A DNA stretch of 64,000 bases from Lama guanicoe (taxonomy: Eukaryota), in NCBI GenBank assembly GCA_013239625.1, contig MU053881.1, positions 310,001 through 374,000 of the forward strand, read 5' to 3'. Every line of letters begins with the position of its first letter. Within the stretch, counting starts at the first letter, position 1. Positions 53,901-64,000 of this stretch are shown one piece after another. Under the pieces are notes generated by a model, which did not search any database, was not told the origin of the DNA, and was given only the letters and a program-made list of their open reading frames with translations. The position numbers were made by a program, and so were the translations under genes.

Positions 53901-56900
53901 GTGACCTGGGGCCCCTGCTGTCACTCTGCTCCCTCCTACTGCCTCCCCCATCACTGCTGCTACTGCCAGACAGTCTGATGCATCTGTTGGAGGGAAAACT
54001 GGCTGTCCCCTTTTTCCCCCTTTCTGCCAGGGCATTGTTGTGCTTTCTTAATATTCATGTGTGTGAACCACGTGTGGGCTGTGAGTCTGGTGCGTGATGG
54101 CATACCCTCCTGCCTGCAAGTGAGGCATTGCACCATGTCCATTTTAGTAGGAAGGTCTGCAAGGGACAAGACTTGCCTAAGGGCCCCAGGTGGATGGTAA
54201 TCTGTGAGTCCCCAAATCTGAGACTCCTCTGGGTGAAGGATCTGGTTGGCTGAGCATCGGAACCACCTGGGCTGTCCATGAGCTGGGGCAGGATGCAGAC
54301 ACCTGCATTTTCCAGGAGCGACTCTGGTGACTACCAGCCTCCTCTGGGTGCTGAGGACAGGGACCGGTGTCCAGTGCCCGCATCTGACCAGGATGGCCCT
54401 CCTTCCAGTGGTGGGAGGTCTCAGCCTGAGTAGCTCACTGGCTTCTGCAGAAGTGGCCAAGTGGCCTCTTACACAGGGTTCTAACACCATCGCCTCCGTG
54501 ACCGTCTTTCAGGACGGTGGCTGGGGAGGCCCTGCTCTGCCCCGGCTCCCAGGGTCGACCCTGTGCCCCGGGGCAGCCTCTGGCACCTGCGCTCTGTGGA
54601 GCCCGGCCTCCAGCCTGGGCCTTTCCCCACGTGAGCTGCCTGGGGTCTGCATGGAGACCCTCCCAAGTCAGATCAGCCCCAGGTGTGGGCTACCCGGACC
54701 CACTTCAAAGTCAGTAAAGCCCAAACGTCCGTCTGAGTCCTTGGAAGAGTTGGGGGCCACCCTGTCCCCCCACGATCCAGCTGGGTGACCCAGCACAGGT
54801 CAAGCCCTCTCTGAGCCTCAGTTGCCCCTCCTGTGAAGTGCAGATGACAACCAAGCTGCTCTTCAGCAAGTCTGGAAGGAAGCAGATTCCCCGTCATGTC
54901 TGTGCACACGCCGCACGGTGCTGGCCAGGGGCAAGGGCCCCCCGCGCGGAGGCTGCGGCCCAGGCCAGGGACGAGCCCCAGGGTCGCGAGTGGAGCCATC
55001 GGCTGCGGGACCCAGATGCACGCACGCATGCACCTCCCGGCCCCTCCGACAAGGGCCTTTTCTCCGTCTGCTCCGTGTTCCTGAGCGAAGCCAGAGAAAA
55101 ACAGTGTGTTTCTTTGTTTTATTACAACACTGATGACTTCATCTTCCCTCGTCCTTCCCAGAAAAGACGATGACGAATTTGTTAAAGTTCAGCTGTGAGA
55201 GCCTCCTCTTATAGCAAGAATGAGAAGTATTTAAAAGTAGCTTCTTGCTTCTCAGAGTTATTTTCAGCTAAGTGGCCCTGCTGGGTGTCACCCAGGCCCT
55301 ACTTGGGCCGCACGGCTTCTCCAGTTCCTGCTGTCCGTGGGGGCGGGGTGGGGAGGCTGCAGCCCCATCTGGTCACCCAGCTGCCCGGCTCTCTGGGACC
55401 ACCCCACGTGTTTTCACTCCTTCCCCCAGATTTCCAAATTCAGGGGAGAAGTGAAATTATTTCTCTGTCCATTAAGATTTTCCAGACCCTTGACAGACAT
55501 CTCTAGCTAGAAGGAAATGGCCCCAGGGAGTGATGTCCATGCATGTGGCCTCCACAGCTGTGGTCAGTGTGATGGTCTGGCCTCCAGTGTGTCCAAGGAT
55601 GCCAGGACCCCTGCCCAGGGTCCCCTGAGGTGCCCTAACACCAGGCGGCCACAGAAGATGTCATCAGACCCAGGCAGAGCAAGGGTGGGCAGGTGATGGG
55701 GACAGTGTGGTGGTGGCATCCCCGGATGGAGGGACAGGTAGCAGGTGGGAACCAGCAATTCTGAGCTCTTGAGGAAAGGCAGAAATGCTGGTTCTTGTGA
55801 AAGCTCTTGTGTAAATCCAGTCAGCAGATTCCCCATTTAACAGGGCAGGACACCTGGGCTGCTGCTTGTCAACTTCAGGTGACTCACCTGGAGAGACCAT
55901 TGGGCAGGTGCCCCCAGGACCAGTGCTGGGGACAGAGAGGTGAACCAGACCCTCCCTGGCTATGAGCAAGTAGGTGAGCAAGCCAGACGGAGCTCAGGCC
56001 CTGCCTGGGGACACACGTGCCCCGAAGACTGTGCAAAAGGCATGGGAGCCCAGAAAGGGTGCTCTGGCCGGCCAGGGGGAACTGAGGCAGGCTCCCTGGA
56101 GGACAGGACAGTGGGCTGAAGTTCAGCCTCTGTCATCCAGGAGGAGGAGGGTATGGCAAGCGCGAGGGCGTGGAGCAGGAATGGGAGGGTGGTGGGCAGG
56201 GGAGGGCTCAGGGCGGGAGGCTGCACACGTGGGGAGGACAGCCGGGTGGGCTGCAGCCCCAGCTCCGGGCTGAGGCCTGGCAGGGATTCTGGGGAAGGCA
56301 GAAGGTGGGTCCAGCTCTTTCAGGCCGGAGCAGGGAGGCCCTGGCTGGCCTTGGTGGGAGGAGTTGGGGGCAGCAGCATCTGGGAGTTGCACACACACCC
56401 CACGGACTCTGTCCTGACTGCTAGGGATCCCTGCACCTCCGGGCGCCACCTCCTTAGCCACCCTGTGGTTCCTGGGCCCTGATCTGGACAACATTAGGTG
56501 CCCTTGGCCAGGCTCTGAGGTCTGGGCTCAGAGAGGGGCCCGGGTGACACAAGGGGCAGTGGAGGGCTGGGCAGCCCAGGCCAGGGGGCAGCTCCTGTCT
56601 GAAAGAGGCTGGGGAGGAGGCCGGGGTGACCACCCGGCCATCTGGGCATGACAGGAGCTTGGGTGCCTCTCATCACCGAGTGGGCAGAACCACACCGATG
56701 GAGCACGGACTCTGCTCCTGACCCCAGTGGATGCACCTTAGGGGAGGGGAGGGTGGCTATTATGAGCCCACTTTATAGGTGTGGAAACTGAGGCTCACAC
56801 AGGGGAGGGGGGCTGTCCCACTGCCAGGCGTGGAGAAGCCCCCCCTCCCTGCCCTGCCCCACCCCAAGGAGCACATCCCCACGCCTCACAGTCTGATCAC

Positions 56901-59559
56901 TTTGAAACGAATCCCAGAAGCCGCAGAGAGGAAAAAACAAAGCGTTTATTTTTGCCAGCTGTTTCCCGTCCTTGAAAGCGCCTGAGAGGTGTTTGTCAGG
57001 AGGTGTGGGTGACTCATGCAGACACTTGGAGATGGGATTGGCTATTTTTGCCTCAAATTACAGGGAGACGGGGGCTGCGTTCCTGCAGGTGTGCGGGTGG
57101 CCAGGCTGACCCGCAGCGGGGAGACAGGGCAGTGGGTGCCGAGCTCGGTGGACCAGACACTCCCAGTGCTGCTGGCGACTGAACGACTGGAAACAAACCC
57201 CTCAGCACAGAGGCAGGCTCTGGGCTTGTTGGGGTGCTGGGTGCTCGACTCCGGGGCGTGGCGGGGCCCGTGGTCCTCGTGGATGGGGGACGAGGGGGCG
57301 GCGCGGGGACCATGGTCCTGGTTGACTGCCCCTCCTTCCAGTCTGCAGCGTTTGAACATGAGGCGCCCCCTGCCCTGTCCCCTCTGGGTGAGCAGGCCCC
57401 GGGCTCTGTGACCCCGCAGGTGGCTCACACCTTCTTCCAAATCCACCTGAGGCCTGCCTCCAGGGCTCAGCCGTGGAAGCTGGAAATCCCAGGCCCCTGC
57501 AGCTCAGAAGCCACTAAATCTGAGCTGAGAATGGCTGTCCTCCCCTATTGCCCACTGGGTGCCCCCTCCCCGAGGAGGTTAAAGGGGTGGGGATCCCACT
57601 CCTGGGCTGGGGCCCGGCCCCAGGGTGCTTAAGATGGGAGGCCATGGCCCATGCCTCACAGTGTGGTCCCTGCACCTGGAACCAGTGGCCCTCTGACCCG
57701 GCTGTCCCCAGCTCTCTGGAGGGTTCTGCATTGCTTATGAGAGCCCCTTCCCTCCAGGCTCTCGCTGGGTGGGGGCCACAGAGGGGTCATCCTGACCCCA
57801 CCCATGACACACACATCATGAGGTGAGGCGGGGGCCGAGAGCAGGGGGCCCAGCCTTGGGGCAGCTCCCACACCTGGGACTTGGCGCTGAGGACGAGGGA
57901 GCAGGAGAGACACGACCTGGCTGCCAGGGCAGCTCCTTTGGGAGCAGCACAGAGAAAGGCTCAGCTGAGGGCTGGAGCCACAGCAGCCGTCAGAAGTTTC
58001 AACAGGAGAGGAACCTGGGGACAGCTGACTCTGATCGGTCACAGGAGGGTGGTGAGCCTGATCAGGGGTGGTGGCCCTGAGGGGGACAAAGTGGCTGGGC
58101 CTGGGCAGGGCAGGCAGGGCTGTGCCTCTCAGCAGGGGGCTGGGGGAGTGACAAGAATCTCAGCTGAGGAACAGTTAGCGCTTTCATTCCTGGGTCCTCA
58201 CTTCACACATCTCAGTGGCACATGTGTTGTTCACACAGAGTCTGACATTCATTCTCTGTGGTAAATAAGACGCTTGTTTCCCCCTCACAGAACGGGCCAC
58301 ACTTCTCCCCGGCAGCTGTCGCCTGGCTGGCCAGCCCGGAGGAGCAGCATGGGCCCCCCCGCCAGCCTCGGCCGCTGCCAGGCGCCACTGAGCGCTCTCC
58401 CTGCCCCTCTTTGGTGCTGCGGCGTCACCTCCTAGTGACTGTTACTCGTTCACTTATTCATTCACTCACTCACGCAGCGAGTGTCCGCCAGGCTGGGGTG
58501 CAGCCATGAGCAGGACGGACAAAGCCGTGCCCCTGAGGGGCTCGCGGCCCCGGGGAGAACAAGAGACACACTAGTAAATCAGAGACACATGATAACTTCA
58601 TGCCACCAGAACACGAAACGAGGCCCAGGGTGGAGAGTGACCGGGCAGCGAGTGCCACGTGGACCCGTGGTCAGGGAAGGCTCTGATGGGCGATGAGAAG
58701 GGGGCAGCCTGGTGGCAGCCTGGAGGAGGGTGTTCCTAGTGAGGGAACAGCAAGCAGAGAGCAGTGTGCAAGGGGTGAATCAGGGACGATGTCGGAGAGG
58801 TGGGCTTGGAGCCCAGTGGGCGGGACCCCCTCGTGGGCCATGAGAAGGACTTTAGAGGAAGGCCCAGATATATCATCATAGGATGTAGCCGGTGAGGGTT
58901 CTGACCGAGTCCCGGCGCTGTGCTGGGCACCGTCACTCACAGCCTGTCCATGCCTATGCGGGTTTAGCATCCCCATTGTGCATGGGGGGAAACTGAGGTT
59001 CAGGGAGGAGCCGGCACCCACTCAGCTCACGACCATCTGCCACTCACGCCCCCTTTCCCAGCGACCAGCGCTTCCCAGGTCTGTCTCTATAACCCCCGCC
59101 GTCCAGAGGACCCTTTCTTTGCTCAGTTCCGCTAGTGGCGCCTCCAGATGTGTTGGCCCCAGCCCCCGTCTACTGCATTTTTGAAGGCTTCTTCCAGGAG
59201 GGGCCACTGCAGCTGGGCCTTCAAGAGGAACAGAAGAGGGGTCTCCTAACACGGAGGAAACAGTTGAAAACTTCGCAGAGGCGCGAGTGTGGATGGCATG
59301 TTTGGGGCACAGCAAAGAAGCAGATCCGCCTGGTGTAGTCTTGCTCACTATTTTCAGTAAAGTCGATTCATTTCTTGGTGGAAAGTGGAAATATTCTGTT
59401 ATGAAATTGTACAATCCTGCCTAAATCACCAGTATCACTTGCCATAAATAGAAAGTGACCATCAAAAATTAACATAATGAAAATGAACATTTATTAATTT
59501 TAAGAAAGACTAAAACATCTACTAATTTTAAGCACCAGTATTCGGTTCCTAGGATGATA

Positions 59560-60800
59560 CACGTACAACAGAGCAATTACCCAGCCTGAACAACAGAGGG
59601 AAACTGAAAGAGCCGCAGGCACCTGAGGAACAGCCGCAAAAGGTCTAGCGTTTGTGTCAACAGAGTCCCAGAAAGGCAGGAGGAAGAGTGCAATGCAGAA
59701 AAAACATTTGAAGAAATCATGGCTGAAATTTAGTCAAAGACACAAATCCACGTGTTCAAGAACCCCAGAACAGAATAAAGCACAAATAAATTTGTACCCA
59801 GACACATCATAATCAAACCATTGAAAATTAAACACAAAGGAAAAAGATCTCTAATCAGCTGAGAGAAATGATGCTGTACTTACAGGGGAAGAATGAGTCA
59901 AATGACTGAATTTCTCGTTAGAAACCATAGAGGTCAGAAGTGATTGGAACAGCAATTTTTTTTTTTATTGAGGAATAGTCAGTTTGCCATGTTGTGTCAG
60001 TTTCTGGTGTGCAGCACAATGCTTCAGTCATACGTGAACATACATACATTCATTTTCATACTCTTTCTCACCATGAGCTACTACAAGATATTGAATGTGT
60101 TTTCCTGTGCTATACAGTATAAACCTGTTTATCTAGTTTATATATACCAGTCAGTATCTGCAAATCTCGCACTCCCAGTTTATCCCTTCCCACCCCCACC
60201 CCCTCTGGCAAGTCTGTTTTCTGTCTGTGGGTCTGTTTCTGTTTTATATGTAAATTCATTTGTCTTTTTTTTAATTCCACATATGATCTCATATGGTATT
60301 TTTCTTTCTCTTTCTGGCTTACTTCACTTAGAATGTCACTCTCCAGGGCCATCCTTGTTGCTGTAAATGGCATTATTTTTATCATTTTTATGGCTGAGTA
60401 GTATTCCATTGGAACAATATTTTTAAAGTGCTGAAGGAAAAGAACTTTCAGCCCACAATTCTGTATTTATTGAAAAGATCCTTCAGGAATGGAGTTGTTA
60501 CAAGAAACACTCATGTGAAGGGAAACTAAGAATTCATTGCCAATAACCTGCTCTTTTGCCTTGCTAAAGGAAGTGCTCCTGGTAGAAGGGAAATGACACC
60601 AGAAGGACACTTATAACATCAAGAATGAAGGAAGGGTGACAAAGGATAAATACCTGTGTAAATATAATGGACTGCTCTCCCTTTGAATTTTTAAAATATG
60701 TTTGATGGTTGAAAACAAAGATGATAATATTGTCAGATGATGTCTTCAGTGTATATAGACATAACGCACGAGGTGGCTACGATATAAATGAGAGGGTAAA
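59560..60800 (+). mobile_element. Degraded L1 ORF1 remnant split by a younger L1 insertion
   Basis: Peptides like VPERQEEE..AEKTFEEIMAE before and WNNIFKVLKEKNFQPTIL after the insertion match L1 ORF1p motifs. Confidence 0.7.
59955..60407 (-). mobile_element. Younger 5'-truncated L1 3' end
   Basis: Minus ORF MEYYSAIK...MPFTATRMALESDILSEVSQKEKEKYHM = L1 ORF2 end; poly-T; TSD ATTGGAACA at 59943-59951 and 60408-60416. Confidence 0.9.
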
Positions 60801-60885
60801 GCCACCTAACGGTGACTGTGTTTTCTGTATTTCACTTGAAGTGAAAAATAATGGTTCTACACAGAGTGTGAAAGTTTACTACATG

Positions 60886-61753
60886 CAGGCATACCTTGTT
60901 TTATTGCATTTTTTACAAACTGAAAGTTTGTGGCAACCCTGCGTCAAGTCACTTTTCCAACAGCACGTGCTCACTTCATGTCTCTGTGTTACATTTTGTT
61001 AATTCTCACAAGCTTTGTCATTATTATTATCATTGCTATGGTGATCTTCTTTTGAGGCACCATGAACCAGGCCCATAAAGACTTAATCAATAAATGTATG
61101 TATTCCCACTGCCCCACCAACAGGCCGTTCCCCTGTCTCTCTTCCTCTCCTGCGCCCTCCCTGTTCCCCAAGACGCAACAATGTTGAAATTAGGCAAGTT
61201 ATAACCTTACAGTGGCCTCGAAGTATTCGAGTGAAAGACGAGTCACACGTCTCTCACTTTAAATCAAAAGCTAGAAATGATTGAGCTTGGTGCAGAAGGC
61301 ACGTCAAAAACTAAGACAGGCCAAACCCTAGGCCTCTGGTACGAAACAGATAATCATGGTGTGAATGCAAAGGAAAGTTCTTGAAGGAAATGAAAAGCGC
61401 TGCTCCAGCGAGCACACGAATGATGCCAAAGTGAAACATCCTTATTGCTGATACGGAGAGAGTTTTAATAGTTTGGATGGAAACTCAAACTAGCCACAAC
61501 ATTCCCTTGAGCCAACCCCGAGCAAGGCCCTAACTCTACAGTTCTGTGAAGGCTGGGAGAGGTGACGAAGCTGCAGAAGAAAAGTTTGAATCTAGCAAAG
61601 GTTGGTTCATGGGTTTAAGGAAAGAAGCCGAGTCCATAACAAAAGTGCAAGGTGAAGCAGCCAGTGCTAACTGAAGAAGCTGCAGCAAGCTATCCAGAAG
61701 ATCTAGCTAAAGTAATGAATAAAGGTGGCTACACGGAATGACAGGTTTTTAAT
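60886..61753 (+). mobile_element. Tigger1 (TcMar-Tigger) 5' fragment with decayed transposase start
   Basis: Begins CAGGCATACCT TIR; 'tctctcactttaaatcaaaagctagaaatgattgagctt' = SLTLNQKLEMI; 'gaagaaaagtttgaatctagcaaaggttggttcatg'. Confidence 0.85.
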
Positions 61754-63744
61754 ATTCCAGTGTACGGAGACACCACATTTTGCTATCCATTCATCCGCTG
61801 ATGGACATTTGCATTGCTTCCTCACTGGCTTTTAAAAATTTACCCCTGGACATCCAAACAATGGAATACTGTGGGACGGTTAAAAAATAAAAAGCATGAA
61901 GGTGCTCTGTCCTGCCATGGGAAGATGTCCCAAATGTGCTGTTAGTGAAAAGAGCGCAGGAGAGTGGGTGCAATGTGCTAATTTTTTGTGTAATAGGACA
62001 GAAAAGGGGGATATATGTGTTCATATTTTCTTGTACTTGCATCAAGAAGCTCTGGAAAAGTAGGTAAGAAACCAACAAAATCAGTTACTATGGGAGACAG
62101 TGTGTGGGGAAGCAGGGTACCCCCACCCCACCCCCACCCCACTGCCACAGGTCGACTGGAGCCCCTGCTGGAGGGAGGAGGGTATCCGCCAGCGCACCTG
62201 CCAGGAGGGGCGGGAGGAATGGCGGGGACACTACCGCGGTTCTGCCTGCACCCACCCTATCTCAAGGAAACATCTAACTTCAGGGAGCCATCGCACTCCT
62301 CTCCCCTTCCCCGGGCACACCCTGCAGAGCCCCAGTGGGACAGCCTCCAAGAGGTCCTGGCCATCTGCTGTGCCGAGAGGGTGCCAGCAGCCGGCCCACG
62401 CAGGCATACGTGACCCTCAGCCAGAGGACACCAGAGGCTGCAGCAGGAGGACAGCCCATGCACTGAGGCCCAGGCCAGGGCCCAGCTGGCAACGTGATGG
62501 GGGGTTGGAGGAGGGAGGGCAACACGGGCCGCCCATCTGCTCTCTGGGCTTCCCTGTGAGTCCCAGCGATCCTGGCCCCCAACTCCACTCAACCCCTGGC
62601 CTCAGTGACTTGCTGCTCCAGAATCAAGCTGGGTCCGAACCCCACCCCCACCCCCACCCCCACCGTGTGTCCAGCACCCCACACTCAGCCCCCAGTATCA
62701 GGCCAGGCCTGAGATGCTCTGGAAGCTTCCCAGCTCATCTCTTGAAGCTGTGACATCCTGGCTTCCCCAGAAAGGACACCTGCAGCCCCACCCACACCAT
62801 CTGACAGACCACCCTGCCCAGCAGAGAGGTTTCCAGAATCACATCCACCTCTGATTCTGGCTCATATTTGAGAAAACAACCAGGATCTGGGTCAGGCTGC
62901 AGGGAGAAGATGGCAGGTGTCTGGAAGGAGAGAGCAGAACTTGCTGGCCTCGAGTGTTCTGTCTTGTGGAATTAGGTTCAGGTGCCGGGCCCTGGGTGTG
63001 GGGCAGAGGCGGCGCCCACCCCAGAGCTGACCACCGTTCCCCAATGAGCACAGGCTGCCCCCCGCCTGCCCGCATGCCCAGGAGCCTTCCTACCAGGATG
63101 GACAAGAGGCGATTTTGTGAAATTTTACAGTTTCATCAGCTGAAAATTGAACACTTAAACCTTTGCTGGGAAGGTGAAAATAAAGCTGTGGCTTTCCCAC
63201 GGCTGGAACTGTCCAGGCTGCTGTCCACATTGGTTCCCACACCTTCCCGACACTATAACCCAGTCCCCACCCCCACCCCCACACACCCTTGAGACAACCC
63301 TCTGTGGGGCTCCCTCTGATCCCCCATATCAGCTCTGACTCTTCAAGTCCTCTGTCTCTACTTCCAGGGCCACCAGGTCACCCAGGGGGGCTGGATCAGT
63401 CAGAAACAGGCCAGGACCAGGAGCTGTCATGAGGGCAGCAGCGGTGAGATGAGCAGGGTGATGGGGACACTGATCCCTGGAAGGCCCCTGTGGTGAGCCC
63501 ACAGGACCCCACGGTTAAGACTACAGGCTGACTTGAATGTCATGGGGGGCATGGTTGAAACAGTCACAGGTTTGGCCAGGACTCTTGCCCTGAGTGCCCC
63601 CAAAGGCTTCATTCAGGAGCACTGGCCTGTAGGGATCTGTGAAAGAGCCTGAGAGGAAGCACATTCCTCTGCACACTTGTGGACGGGCACCTGCTGCAGG
63701 CCAGGCCCTTGACTCAGTGCAGGGTGGGAAGACATGCGTGCTCT

Positions 63745-63759
63745 GGCGCCACCTGCAGG
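63745..63759 (-). promoter_or_regulatory. Candidate CTCF site
   Basis: Minus strand CCTGCAGGTGGCGCC. Confidence 0.45.
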
Positions 63760-64000
63760 AGGTCTGGGTGGAGCAGTCGCCGTGTAATGGCGCAGGAGGG
63801 TTTTCGCTGCCCCACGCGTCAGCAGCCCCCAAGCACTCAACAGTGCTGACGAGGAGGATCTGCTGGTGCCCACCAGGAGTCAGGCCCAGCCTTGGAGGAG
63901 CTGCTGCAGGAAAGCAGGAAAGCAGGGAAGCAGGGAAGGTTCCGCCTAGGAGGAGGAGTATCAGCTGTGCCCAGAGGGATGGAGAACTGAAGATGGTGGG

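Noticed and set aside
61210..61753. Functional TIGD1-like transposase gene
   Set aside because: Start codon lost, stops/frameshifts, truncated; ordinary Tigger1 fossil
33850..64000. RASGEF1C coding exons
   Set aside because: No RasGEF/REM-like peptide recognised in the ORF track; coding exons probably lie beyond the window

Overview
Mammalian genomic DNA, most likely from a camelid (six tRNA-Ala-like SINEs resemble the camelid Vic-1 family). Positions ~6.4-19.5 kb hold the 3' two-thirds of MAPK9 (JNK2) on the + strand: eight exons that splice in frame to the known 424-aa (p54) and 382-aa (p46) lengths, plus a ~2.9 kb 3' UTR. The two 72-nt mutually exclusive kinase-domain exons both end in U12-type GTATCCTT donors, and tandem acceptors 5 nt apart switch the C-terminus. 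A CpG island at ~33.0-33.85 kb, interrupted by a 437-N gap, is probably the promoter/exon 1 of the next gene (RASGEF1C by recalled human synteny; no coding exon seen). The remainder looks like a long, repeat-rich first intron (L1, MLT1 LTRs, Tigger1, MER33, L2, MIR). I find no convincing previously undescribed biological system. The most striking features are known JNK2 splicing biology and an ERV-L relic with an internal inversion that breaks the protease gene. Repeat family names come from recalled consensus sequences, not from a database search.
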